DNA from: an uncultured Rivularia sp.
GTDB lineage: Bacteria > Cyanobacteriota > Cyanobacteriia > Cyanobacteriales > Nostocaceae
NCBI GenBank assembly: GCA_963665115.1
Contig: OY762007.1
Span: 5,664,001-5,728,000, forward strand
Length of the DNA stretch: 64,000 nt
Direction: 5' to 3'
Shown: positions 10,100 through 20,541 of the stretch, one piece after another
Position numbering within the stretch: the stretch's first letter is position 1
Layout: every line of letters starts with the position of its first letter
The notes under the pieces: model-generated
Seen by the model: the letters and a program-made list of their open reading frames with translations, nothing else
What the model was told of the DNA's origin: nothing
Database searches by the model: none
Program-made: the position numbers and the translations under genes

Positions 10100-10459
10100 A
10101 TGGACTGCATCTACTTAACAGGAATTCGCGCTTACGGTTATACTGGCTATCTAAAAGAAGAACAGGTGCTAGGACAATGGTTTGAGGTGGATGTAAAGTT
10201 ATGGCTGGATTTAAGTATATCTGCTGGAACTGACGCGATTGAAGATACTATCGATTACCGTAGCGTTATTGGTTTAGTGCAAGATTTAGTCAAAACCTCA
10301 AAGTTCGCTTTAGTTGAACGTCTTGCTGGTAGTATTGCAGATTCTATTTTACAAAAATGCGATTTGGTAAAGCAAGTTCAAGTGATTTTGAGTAAACCTG
10401 CTGCACCGATTCCAGATTTTGGCGGCAAAATTACTATTGAACTGATTAGAAATAAATAG
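10100..10459 (+). CDS. folB: Dihydroneopterin aldolase
   Basis: YGYTG..EEQVLGQWFEVD, TIDY, LVERLA, KPAAPI. Confidence 0.93.
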   Translation: MDCIYLTGIRAYGYTGYLKEEQVLGQWFEVDVKLWLDLSISAGTDAIEDTIDYRSVIGLVQDLVKTSKFALVERLAGSIADSILQKCDLVKQVQVILSKPAAPIPDFGGKITIELIRNK

Positions 10460-11740
10460 GGCTTGCTTAACAATTCTTGATAGCTCAAGCAGTTTATCGT
10501 ATAACCCACTTTTATTAATCCACTACAAATAGAATAAAATTTTTTATCGATTGTAATTGCAACAGTTTCAACCATATTAGTTTTTTATAGATTCGTTGGT
10601 TAATTGATCTACCGTGAAAAAAAATAAGCTCGGAAAGTCTAATACTCAATTAGTTATTTTTATTTTTATGCCTTATTGCATATTTTCATATGGGGCAGGT
10701 ATTGCCTATTCTTAAAGGAGAGGTCGATTTTTCTCTCATCTAACTTAATAAAATTTAAGGCTATATCTATTTTTAGTTTAAATATTGATACGGGCTTGAC
10801 TATTAGAAGCTATAGGTAAAAACTAATTTATAAAAAACAACATAATTTAAGTTTATTTTCCCCAAAAGCTTTTGATATCTGAAAAGACAGTTTACAGTTT
10901 TTATTTTGAGGAAGAAGAATTTGAAAGTTTATCTATTATGACTTAAATATACATAGGTATGTATTAGAGGTTGCCGTTTCTGGTTGATAGCGATTTTTAA
11001 TTGTTAGCAATACAAAACCTTGTTGTCTATACAACCCACTTTCAATCCGCGTTTGGTTCATAATTATGCATAACGATTTAAAGAGTAAAATTTTTTACTC
11101 TTCTTAAGTAAAAACCACAAGTGTTCCTATTTCCAATCCAAATAAAAAGCGATCGTTGTTTAGATATCTTTTATACAAAGCGTTTTGGTATTTATTAATA
11201 ATTAGCTATAATGACTTTGCATTAAAAGTACAAAACAAGCAAATAAATGTCAAACATAACAATAACATTAGTCTAGGATAGATCGCTATAAATGGAAGAA
11301 ACACAATTGTGAACCAAGAACAATGTGGTTTTCAATATTGGTTACGATCGAGATATTAAAAGACCAATTAGGTTGGTATTTCCGACAACTACATATCGAA
11401 CGGTAGGTAAAACTTTCTATGAACAGCCTGAAAAGCTGAATTGAAGATGAAGAAGACCAGACTTTTTATCTTAGAAAAAGTTTACCTTAATTTTTGCTAC
11501 AGCGTTCTGAAAGCCATTAATTTAATTGAAGAGGTAATTACAGAGTTTGTAAAAAGTATTAAAAGTTTAATATTGATTGATATTTGCTTGACAAGAGAAA
11601 ATAGCAGGCAATTAACAGATACTATTCATAATCGTCATTTTATTTCGGTATTAGATTTAACAGGTAAATTGAAAAATACAAAAATTTTTAATCAACAGTT
11701 CACTTGCTCCTTCAAGCTTTTTACAAGAAGAGACTTACAT

Positions 11741-12694
11741 ATGGCTATCAAAATGCCTACCTACAATCGTCAAATACTCAAAGGATTGCAACAAAAAAGG
11801 CAACACTTAGATGTAATAATCAACAGTATGGGTTGTGGAGTAATTGTTACAGATGTAAATACTTGTATCGAAACTATTAATCCGGTAGCAGAGTTACTAA
11901 CTGGTTGGCAGGTTTCGGAGGCTGTTGGTAAAGAGTTATTGGAAGTTTTCCAGTTGAAAGATGCCCAGACAGAAGAAGAAATTGAGAATTTAGCTGCACG
12001 GGTAATAAAGACGGGTGAGATTCTGAATTTACCAGAAAACTGTAAATTAGTTTCAAAAGATGGAAGCGAAATATCCATTGGAGATACAGTCTCACCCGTG
12101 CGCGGTGAAGATGGAGAAATATTAGGTGCAGTCTTAGTGTTTCAGGATATTAGTCAACGTAAAAAGACAGAAGCCGAACTTATACGCAATGCTTTTTACG
12201 ATTCCATAACGGGATTACCCAATCGGGTTTTGTTCATAGACAGACTTACACAGGCTTTTGAACATAGTAAGCGAAGAAAGAATTATTGCTTTAGCGTTTT
12301 GTTCGTGGATTTAGATGGTTTTAAAGGAATCAACGATAAATTTGGGCATGGGATGGGAGATAAATTGTTGGTAGATATAAGCCAACGTTTAAAATGCAGC
12401 TTGCGCGGTGGCGATACTGTAGCTAGATTTGGTGGCGATGAATTTGCCATTCTCTTAGAAGATATCAAAGATGTTACTGATGCTACTAATGTTGCCCTAC
12501 GCATTCAAGAAAACTTGGAAACGCCATTTGATATTAACGAGCGTAAGATATTGATAACCGCTAGTATCGGTATTGCTTTAAGCAACGCGAGTCACCAAGA
12601 ACCCTTAAATCTGTTAGATGATGCTGACAGTGCAATGTACCAAGCTAAAGATGAAGGAAAAGCTCGGTATATTGTGTTTGAAAGAAAACCGTAA
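11741..12694 (+). CDS. PAS-domain diguanylate cyclase (start uncertain; the ORF extends upstream to 11441)
   Basis: PAS (NPVAELLTGW...G.VLVFQDISQRK), DSITGLPNR, DLDGFKGINDKFGH, intact GGDEF. Confidence 0.88.
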   Translation: MAIKMPTYNRQILKGLQQKRQHLDVIINSMGCGVIVTDVNTCIETINPVAELLTGWQVSEAVGKELLEVFQLKDAQTEEEIENLAARVIKTGEILNLPENCKLVSKDGSEISIGDTVSPVRGEDGEILGAVLVFQDISQRKKTEAELIRNAFYDSITGLPNRVLFIDRLTQAFEHSKRRKNYCFSVLFVDLDGFKGINDKFGHGMGDKLLVDISQRLKCSLRGGDTVARFGGDEFAILLEDIKDVTDATNVALRIQENLETPFDINERKILITASIGIALSNASHQEPLNLLDDADSAMYQAKDEGKARYIVFERKP

Positions 12695-13136
12695 TTAAGG
12701 TTAAAGGTTAAAGGTGAAGAGACTTTTAGCCTTATGCTTATTCATAATATTTTTCAAATTTCTTCTATAATTCGCAGTTTTGATTTGTACAAAATCTGCT
12801 AATAATGTAGTACCTTACCGCAGTACGGGTTACTTTCGATATCATGAATCTGCATAAGTATAAACTGGATACACCTACTTAATATGTAGATTAATTAAGA
12901 AGCTCTAAAATGCAGAACTTTAACTTTTATCTGATTTTCGATTGTAGCTTAGCCATTTTTGCCAAAAGAGCTATAATGTCCATACTTAAAATTGCAAATA
13001 AAGTTTAAATAAATTAATAAACACAAAGAAATATTAAGCGAAACTAGGCATCACGAAAATAATTGATGACAAAATACGTGGTGCCGATACATAAAAGTGA
13101 GCTTTGCTTAACGCACTGTTGTTTGATTAACAATCA

Positions 13137-14453
13137 ATGTTGGATTTACAAGTGGTAAAAAAATTCAGAAAAGTATTGCAAAGACTCAGATTTCGAGTTG
13201 TGGCAATATTTCTTATAGTTGTGTTTGGCATGGCTTTTTTTTCGGTGCAGCCAGCCCAAACGCAAGAGCCGGTAACATTAAATTTATTAATGACAGCACC
13301 TGATGCTGAACCTTGGAAGCAGGGAATAATCAAAGACTTTGAAGCAAAAAATCCCGGTATTGAGATCAATATTATTGAAGGTCCCAATGCCACGGATTTA
13401 TTAGAAAATATGTATACTTCTGCCTTTATTTTAGGGGATTCTCCTTATGACTTAGTAAATATGGATGTCGTTTGGACACCTAAATTTGCTGCTGCTGGTT
13501 GGTTGTTGGATTTGACAGATAAAATTACCGAAGCAGAATTAGCAGCATTTTCAAAAAAGGATGTAGAAGGAAGACGTTACAAAGGTAAACTATATGCAAT
13601 CCCCATGCGGAGTGATGTGGGAATGCTTTATTACCGAGAAGATTTACTCAAAGAAGCCGGATTCAATCCCCCCGAAAGTTTTGATGATTTAGTCAAAATA
13701 TCCCAAAGTTTAAAAGAAAAAGGGAAGGCTGATTGGGGTTATGTTTGGCAGGGTAAGCAATACGAAGGGTTAGCGGCGATGTTTGTGGAAGTGCTGCAAG
13801 GTTTTGGCGGTTATTGGGTTAACCCTGAAACCTTAGAAGTGGGATTAGATCGTCCACAAACAGTCGAAGCAATTGAATTTCTGAAAAATACGATTAAACC
13901 AACCGAAATTTCTCCTCCCGGAGTAACTACATATCAAGAAGAAGAAACTAGACGGATTTTTCAAAATGGGAATTCAGTTTTCTTGAGAAATTGGCCTTAC
14001 GTTTGGCCTCTCGCAAACAAAGAATCTTCGCCTATTGACGGTAAAATTGCGATCAAGCCAATGGTACATACCAAGAATGGAAGTAGTGGAGCTTGTTTGG
14101 GAGGTTGGGCTTTAGGAATCTCTAAATCTACGAAACATCCCGAAGCAGCTTGGAAAGCAATTAAATATTTTACTTCCGAAGAAGCACAGCGAAAATTTGT
14201 CTTAGAAGCCGGATTTGTACCCAGTCGGCGATCGCTATTTCTCGATCCACAAATTGTTGCTAAATATCCCCATTATCCCCAATTATTAAAAGTCGTAGAT
14301 AAAGCAGTATTGCGTCCACCCATCGCTCAATACGCTCAAGCATCCGACATTTTGCAACGCTATCTTTCCGCTGCATTGACAAATCGAATGACTCCCGAAA
14401 AAGCAATGAAGAATGCAGCATCCGAGACTCGTCAGTTGTTAGGTAATAGGTAA
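13137..14453 (+). CDS. Carbohydrate ABC transporter substrate-binding protein
   Basis: DVVWTPKFAAAGWL, LYYREDLL, QYEGL, RNWPY. Confidence 0.9.
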   Translation: MLDLQVVKKFRKVLQRLRFRVVAIFLIVVFGMAFFSVQPAQTQEPVTLNLLMTAPDAEPWKQGIIKDFEAKNPGIEINIIEGPNATDLLENMYTSAFILGDSPYDLVNMDVVWTPKFAAAGWLLDLTDKITEAELAAFSKKDVEGRRYKGKLYAIPMRSDVGMLYYREDLLKEAGFNPPESFDDLVKISQSLKEKGKADWGYVWQGKQYEGLAAMFVEVLQGFGGYWVNPETLEVGLDRPQTVEAIEFLKNTIKPTEISPPGVTTYQEEETRRIFQNGNSVFLRNWPYVWPLANKESSPIDGKIAIKPMVHTKNGSSGACLGGWALGISKSTKHPEAAWKAIKYFTSEEAQRKFVLEAGFVPSRRSLFLDPQIVAKYPHYPQLLKVVDKAVLRPPIAQYAQASDILQRYLSAALTNRMTPEKAMKNAASETRQLLGNR

Positions 14454-14495
14454 TGGGTGATTGATAATTGGTAATTGATAATTGATAACTGATTT

Positions 14496-15386
14496 ATGGA
14501 AACAATTCGGAGTAGAGAACAAAAAACGGCTTTAATTTTGTTAATACCAGCGATGGTTTTGCTGTTGTTGGTTTTTGGCTATCCTATTGTTCGTGCTTTT
14601 TGGTTGAGTTTGTTTACGGAAAATTTAGGGACGCAATTACAACCTGTTTTTTCGGGTTTAGATAATTACGGAAGAATGATGGGTGATGGTCGTTTTTGGC
14701 AGAGTTTTCTGGCAACGATTATCTTCACCAGCGCATCGGTAATTTCAGAGTTGTTGTTGGGTTTAATAATAGCTTTGGTATTGAATCAGCAATTCTTTGG
14801 ACGCGGTTTAGTACGAACTACCGCGATTTTACCTTGGGCTTTACCTACTGCTTTAATTGGTTTGGCTTGGGCTTGGATTTTTAACGATCAATACGGTATC
14901 GCAAACGATATTTTACTGCGGTTAGGTTTTATTGAAACTGGTATTAATTGGTTGGGAGATCCGACTTTAGCAATGATTGCGGTTGTTGTTGCTGACGTAT
15001 GGAAAACTACGCCTTTTATCAGTATTTTGTTGTTAGCTGGTTTGCAGTCAATATCTGCCGATTTGTATGAAGCGCACTCGATTGATGGAGCGTCACCTTG
15101 GCAAAGCTTCCGTCAAATAACCCTGCCACTTTTGATACCACAAATCTTGATCGCCGTTTTATTTCGCTTTGCCCAAGCATTCGGAATCTTTGATTTAATT
15201 TCCGTAATGACAGGTGGTGGCCCCGGAGGAGCGACAGAAGTTGTATCGCTTTACATTTACTCTACCATCATGCGCTATTTAGATTTTGGTTACGGTGCAG
15301 CATTGGTTGTAGTAACTTTTTTATTGCTAATTTTTGCAGTGGTTATTGCAAATTTACTACTCCGTCTATCTCGCACGAGTACGTGA
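14496..15386 (+). CDS. Carbohydrate ABC transporter permease (MalF-like)
   Basis: WKTTPF..LLLAGLQ, EAH.IDGAS.WQ.F..ITLP. Confidence 0.92.
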   Translation: METIRSREQKTALILLIPAMVLLLLVFGYPIVRAFWLSLFTENLGTQLQPVFSGLDNYGRMMGDGRFWQSFLATIIFTSASVISELLLGLIIALVLNQQFFGRGLVRTTAILPWALPTALIGLAWAWIFNDQYGIANDILLRLGFIETGINWLGDPTLAMIAVVVADVWKTTPFISILLLAGLQSISADLYEAHSIDGASPWQSFRQITLPLLIPQILIAVLFRFAQAFGIFDLISVMTGGGPGGATEVVSLYIYSTIMRYLDFGYGAALVVVTFLLLIFAVVIANLLLRLSRTST

Positions 15387-15480
15387 GATGGGGGAACAAG
15401 GGGACAAGGAGACAAGGAGATAAAAAGAATTTTAACCTTTGACCTTTGACCTTTGACCTTTGACCTTTATATGTATTGAT

Positions 15481-16320
15481 ATGAAAAAAAATACTGTTAA
15501 AACAATACTGTTATGGATGGCGATTGTTTTTGTCATTCTCTTTAGTTTAGCTCCGGCTTTGTGGCAATTATTAACTTCATTTAAGGTGAATGAAGATATT
15601 TCCAAATTGCCGACAATTTATTTTCCGAGCCGCATTACTTTAAATCACTATGTAGAATTATTTACTCGTAATCCTCCTTTTTGGCGCTACATATTAAATA
15701 GTGCCTTTGTTTCGATTCTTTCAACGGCTTTTGCTTTGGGTATAGGTGCGCCTGCTGCTTATGCTTTAGCACGGTTGCGTCCGAAGGGTCAAAATATTAT
15801 TCTTGCGAGTATTTTAGTTGTTACTTTATTTCCAGGAATTTTGTTATTTTTTGGATTATTAGAAATTGTACAGTTGCTGCATCTGGGTAATAATTATCTG
15901 GCGCTGATAATTCCTTATACAGCAATAAATTTACCGCTGACAATTTTAGTATTACGCAGCTTTTTCGAGCAATTACCTAAAGATTTAGAAGATTCTGCTC
16001 GGGTAGACGGTTATAATACCTGGCAAACACTAACGCAAATTATTTTACCAATGACTCTTCCCGCTTTGGTAACAACAGGAATTCTCACCTTTATTTTTGC
16101 ATGGAACGAATTTATATTCGCACTCACATTTATTACCCGCGAAGGTATGAAAACAATTCCCGTTGCAGCCGCCCAATTAAGTGGTGCATCAAGTTATGAA
16201 ATACCCTATGGCCCCATCGCCGCCGCGACAGTTTTAGGAACATTACCTTTAGTATTATTAGTTCTATTCTTCCAGCGCAAAATTGTTCAAGGGCTTACCG
16301 CAGGAGCGGTGAAGGGGTGA
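15481..16320 (+). CDS. Carbohydrate ABC transporter permease (MalG-like)
   Basis: LEDSARVDG, FIFAWNEF, FFQRKIVQGLTAGAVKG; ATG at 15481. Confidence 0.92.
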   Translation: MKKNTVKTILLWMAIVFVILFSLAPALWQLLTSFKVNEDISKLPTIYFPSRITLNHYVELFTRNPPFWRYILNSAFVSILSTAFALGIGAPAAYALARLRPKGQNIILASILVVTLFPGILLFFGLLEIVQLLHLGNNYLALIIPYTAINLPLTILVLRSFFEQLPKDLEDSARVDGYNTWQTLTQIILPMTLPALVTTGILTFIFAWNEFIFALTFITREGMKTIPVAAAQLSGASSYEIPYGPIAAATVLGTLPLVLLVLFFQRKIVQGLTAGAVKG

Positions 16321-16347
16321 GTTAGGAGTTAGGAGTTAGGAGTAGCA

Positions 16348-16451
16348 AGTAGAGAGTAGCAAGTAAGTCACTTTTTATTATTGTCATAAATGTCGCTCAT
16401 AGCTGCCCGTCTATTTTTACTCGCTATTCATTACTCATTACTCACTACTCA
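16348..16451 (+). repeat. 104-bp repeat, inverted partner of 17669-17772
   Basis: Non-STRR core GTCACTTTTTATTATTGTCATAAATGTCGCTCATAGCTGCCCGTCTATTTTTACTCGCT with STRR arms. Confidence 0.9.
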
Positions 16452-16557
16452 CTACTCATTACTCATTACTCATTACTCACTACTCATTACTCACTACTCA
16501 CTACTCACTACTCACTACTTTAATAATGTCCCCAATGCCCAATTCCCAAATAAAAAA

Positions 16558-17631
16558 ATGGCTATACTCCAATTAAAAAACTTAAACAAAACCTTTTCTC
16601 CGAAAGTTGTTCCTGTAAAAGATATTAGTTTATCTGTAGAGGATAGCGAGTTTCTGACATTATTAGGTCCCAGTGGTTGCGGTAAGTCCACAACTTTGCG
16701 GATGATTGCAGGTTTAGAGGAGGTGACGCGAGGAAAAATATTTTTGGGAACTGAAGATATTACATACAAACGTGCTGGCGATCGCAATATGGCGATGGTG
16801 TTTCAAAGTTATGCTTTATACCCTCACATGACAGTACGAGAAAATCTGGCTTCGGGATTAAAGTTGAAAAAAGTACCCAGCGGTGAAATTCAAACCAGAG
16901 TTTCCGAAGTTGCTGGACTTTTGGGTTTAGAAGAATTGTTTCAACGCAAACCCGGACAACTTTCTGGAGGGCAAAGACAGCGGGTTGCTGTAGGTAGAGC
17001 TTTGGTGCGTAAAGCTGAAGCGTATTTATTAGACGAGCCTTTGAGCAACCTTGATGCATTATTGCGCGAAAGAGTTAGAGCCGATATCAAGCAGATATTT
17101 GCAGCCCAAAAAGCGCCAGTAGTGTATGTTACCCACGATCAAACCGAAGCGATGACGCTTTCTTCCAAAGTTGCAGTATTAAATAACGGTTACGTACAGC
17201 AACTTGCACCACCAGCGGATATTTACAATCATCCGGCAAATTTATTTGTGGCTGGGTTTGTAGGCAGCCCCCAGATGAATTTGCTTACCCTACCTTGTAA
17301 AGGCAACACAGCGATGCTGGGCGATTTTTCTGTTACCATGCCCAAATTTTCCGCTTCACCACCGCAAATTGTTTTAGGTATTCGTCCCGAACACGTTCGC
17401 GTTGCATTACCAGAAGATACGCAAACCGTAAAAGGGCGAGTATATTTAGTAGAAAATTTAGGTATGTACAAATTAGTTAGCGTGCATATCGCCAGTTCCC
17501 AAACAGAACCGCCGACTATACGCGCCTTGCTGCCCCCAGACCAAAATTGGGATAACCAAGAAATTACCCTTGCTCTACCGTCGGAGAATATTCACTGGTT
17601 TGATGTTGACTCCGGGGATGTGTTGCAGTGA
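16558..17631 (+). CDS. Carbohydrate ABC transporter ATP-binding protein (MalK/MsmK-like)
   Basis: GPSGCGKST, VFQSYALYPHM, LSGGQRQR, DEPLSNLD; the upstream ORF extension is translated STRR. Confidence 0.93.
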   Translation: MAILQLKNLNKTFSPKVVPVKDISLSVEDSEFLTLLGPSGCGKSTTLRMIAGLEEVTRGKIFLGTEDITYKRAGDRNMAMVFQSYALYPHMTVRENLASGLKLKKVPSGEIQTRVSEVAGLLGLEELFQRKPGQLSGGQRQRVAVGRALVRKAEAYLLDEPLSNLDALLRERVRADIKQIFAAQKAPVVYVTHDQTEAMTLSSKVAVLNNGYVQQLAPPADIYNHPANLFVAGFVGSPQMNLLTLPCKGNTAMLGDFSVTMPKFSASPPQIVLGIRPEHVRVALPEDTQTVKGRVYLVENLGMYKLVSVHIASSQTEPPTIRALLPPDQNWDNQEITLALPSENIHWFDVDSGDVLQ

Positions 17632-17668
17632 TGGGGAGATGGGGGGACATTATTAAAGTAGTGAGTAA

Positions 17669-17772
17669 TGAGTAGTGAGTAATGAGTAATGAGTAGCGAG
17701 TAAAAATAGACGGGCAGCTATGAGCGACATTTATGACAATAATAAAAAGTGATTTACTTGCTACTCTCTACT
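17669..17772 (-). repeat. 104-bp repeat, inverted partner of 16348-16451
   Basis: Reverse complement matches 16348-16451 with 2 mismatches by manual alignment. Confidence 0.9.
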
Positions 17773-17787
17773 CCCTACTCTCTACTC

Positions 17788-18966
17788 CTAACTCTTTAAA
17801 AACCTGTCCACTTTCGCTTTGACTTCTGGTAGATTCATGTAAACGTCTGCGGCTTCAAGTAGATTGCTGATGTTTTCTTCGGTTGCATTGCCTAAATCGT
17901 CGCTTAAAAGTTTACCAGTTAAGTGCTTATCAAGATTGAATTGTAAGCGTACAAGTTGTTCGTGAACTATCTGCTTGCTGATGTATTCATAAATATCGGA
18001 AGAGCCATCAAATAATACGCCAACAATTGGACTTGCCCACTCAAATAAACCCCAATTTCTAGCTTTTTCATAAGGAATAATTTGGGTTCTATCTCCGGTA
18101 CCGATGGAAAGTACGCTAATCTCTTCGGGTGAATAACCGAAGCGTAATGCTTCTGCAATTCCACAACTAGAAGGATTATTTGCTGCTACTCCACCGTCAA
18201 TTGCAGAATATATAGTTTTAATCGAATAAGTAGAAGTTTTATCCGGGATTCTATCCCAAGCAGGGCTTACCGTTGCTTTTCTAATTGAACCAATATAATT
18301 TTTAATAACTCTAACTTGTCCGCTACCTTTACCGTCAGTAATTCTAATTTCGGCGTTTTCGTAAACTGCATCAACGGTAGATTCATTGTCGCTAAAAATA
18401 ATAGTATTTATACTCGCATCTTTGAGATTACCAATAACTCTTTTATCTAATTTATGTGCTGGGAAATAAGTCGGAGCCGATGCGGAAGAAACACATACTT
18501 CCCATAATGGAACGTTACCATATGGTTTATCGGGTCGCCAGCTTTTAAAAATAATTGGATTGCGTTCGATCGTGTCGTAAGATATTACTAATAACCTTGG
18601 TGAAGTACCAATATCAAATAGTCGTGTTTCTCCAAAAACTCCTTGTAAAACTTGAATTAAATCATTGTCAGAATACTTAGGGGCAGAAATCCCGTATTTT
18701 AATAGTAAAGGGATTCGTTGAACAGAAAAATAACTTTGATAGGGAAAGATACTAGAGCTTTTATTTTGGAAAAAATCGACAATATCTTCACTGTTGCGTC
18801 CGGTGGCGATCGCCGCTGCTACAATAGAACCTGTTGAAGTTCCTACGATTAAGTCAAAGTACTCATTTAAGGGTTGATTTATTTTATTTTCAATATTCGC
18901 TAACATTTTTGCCGCAACAATTCCTCTAACTCCTCCACCATCCAGACTTAATATCCGAAAAGGCAT
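17788..18966 (-). CDS. Patatin-like phospholipase with an inserted beta-rich domain
   Basis: DGGGVRG, GTSTG nucleophile elbow, SAPTYF, DGG..ANNP, LSIGTG. Confidence 0.9.
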   Translation of the reverse strand: MPFRILSLDGGGVRGIVAAKMLANIENKINQPLNEYFDLIVGTSTGSIVAAAIATGRNSEDIVDFFQNKSSSIFPYQSYFSVQRIPLLLKYGISAPKYSDNDLIQVLQGVFGETRLFDIGTSPRLLVISYDTIERNPIIFKSWRPDKPYGNVPLWEVCVSSASAPTYFPAHKLDKRVIGNLKDASINTIIFSDNESTVDAVYENAEIRITDGKGSGQVRVIKNYIGSIRKATVSPAWDRIPDKTSTYSIKTIYSAIDGGVAANNPSSCGIAEALRFGYSPEEISVLSIGTGDRTQIIPYEKARNWGLFEWASPIVGVLFDGSSDIYEYISKQIVHEQLVRLQFNLDKHLTGKLLSDDLGNATEENISNLLEAADVYMNLPEVKAKVDRFLKS

Positions 18967-19488
18967 TTTAATAATTCTCCCTGTATGATTTATTCTGATG
19001 TATCGCTTAGTTGATAAATATATATTTGCCGAAGTATATTATTAAGAATATTGTTAATTACTGCAATAATAGAATATACAAAATACGGAATCAATGATAG
19101 TAAATTTGCAATCAAATTTTTAGCTGATTAATTATCTATGTTTTAATATCAGAATAAAGTAGTGCAAGCATCTTAATTAGACATAAATCTGAAAAAAAAT
19201 CTATAATTTGTTATTAAACTATTTTTTGATCGGGTGTAGGCTTTAAATAAGAATAAAAAAAATTGTAATAGCAATTAGTCAAAATATATCTTGAATCAAA
19301 AAATATTGCGAAATATGTTTGGCGGCTGATAGATGAAATTGTGCGTTGAAAATAATATTTGCTAATTTGACAGCTAGTTTGCATAAATTAAGACTTGTAC
19401 CACCCAAATAATAAATAGAGAAACCGAAGCTCCTAAAAAAAGCTGTTTGGTTTCTTTACAAAAATATTTATCAAAGGAGTAGTTCGTA

Positions 19489-20535
19489 GTGACAAAGCTC
19501 AAAGTATTATCAATAGCATCCGCGAGTGCAGCATTGATTATTTCAAGTACTGCACAAACAGTTAAAGCTGCATTTAACCCCGCACCGATTTATCAAGATT
19601 TTGATAGCTACAGCACAACAATTTCTGGAAATAACGATTTAGCGGATATTTACTTTCCCAAAACTAAAGATTTAACAACTGGTAAAAATTCCTTTCCCAT
19701 AGCTTTGTTATTGCAAGGTGCGAATGTAGATAAATCTAGTTATTCAAAATATGCCAGTATTGTGGCTCGCTATGGTTTTGTTGTAGTTGTACCAAATAGA
19801 GAGCGAGAGATTCCACAACTTGGTGGAAGAGGACTTTTTGCTGAAACTTCGCAAATAGATGATGTCTTAAAGCAGATAAACACGGAAAAATCCAATCCGA
19901 ATTCACCTATAAAAGGCATTGTAAATACAGATAAATTAGGATTGTTAGGTCATTCCTTCGGTGGTGCTGTTGGACTATCTGCTATTGCTAACACTTGTCT
20001 TCCAGTCATATGTGAAGGTTCCTTCGAGCAACCGGATGAATTGGTTGCAGGTATATTTTTTGGTACAAACCTCCGCAGGCAACCCACAGATGAATTTATC
20101 CCCATCAACAATTCTGGAATTGCTACGGCACTATTACAAGGAACTAGCGAAGGTATAGCCCTTCCTTTCCGAGCCGAAAGAACCTACGATAATATTAAAA
20201 ATCCTCCCAAAGCATTAATTAGCATTTCCGGTGCAAATCACTACGGTATTACTAATACAAATAATCCTGATGGCCCATTTCCCGATCCTAATACACCAAC
20301 AATACCTCAAGATGTCGCGGTAGAAACTGTTGCGCGTTGGAGTGGATTATTTTTACGCGCTAGCGTACTTGATGATAAAGAAGCTTTTAATTATGTATAT
20401 TCTACTGGTGATGCATTAGATAAAAATGTCACAGTTACTAGCCAAGTAAAATCAGTTCCCGAAGCATCTTCTATATGGGGTTTGGGATTATTTGGTGTTG
20501 GATTTATGGTGTGGAAGAAAAAGAATAAAAAATAA
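19489..20535 (+). CDS. Secreted chlorophyllase-like alpha/beta hydrolase with PEP-CTERM-like tail
   Basis: Signal peptide; GHSFGG; GANHYG; C-terminal VPEASS + TM helix + KKKNKK. Confidence 0.8.
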   Translation: MTKLKVLSIASASAALIISSTAQTVKAAFNPAPIYQDFDSYSTTISGNNDLADIYFPKTKDLTTGKNSFPIALLLQGANVDKSSYSKYASIVARYGFVVVVPNREREIPQLGGRGLFAETSQIDDVLKQINTEKSNPNSPIKGIVNTDKLGLLGHSFGGAVGLSAIANTCLPVICEGSFEQPDELVAGIFFGTNLRRQPTDEFIPINNSGIATALLQGTSEGIALPFRAERTYDNIKNPPKALISISGANHYGITNTNNPDGPFPDPNTPTIPQDVAVETVARWSGLFLRASVLDDKEAFNYVYSTGDALDKNVTVTSQVKSVPEASSIWGLGLFGVGFMVWKKKNKK

Positions 20536-20541
20536 ATTTTT

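Noticed and set aside
11441..11740. 100-aa N-terminal extension of the diguanylate cyclase
   Set aside because: TTG start, AT-rich, no domain features; ATG at 11741 or 11753 is more plausible, though not proven.
16390..16557. N-terminal extension of the ABC ATPase (THYSLL repeats)
   Set aside because: Translated STRR and inverted-repeat sequence; family similarity starts at ATG 16558.
17788..18966. CBASS operon around the CapV-like patatin
   Set aside because: No CD-NTase or Cap2/Cap3 genes adjacent; the gene stands alone.
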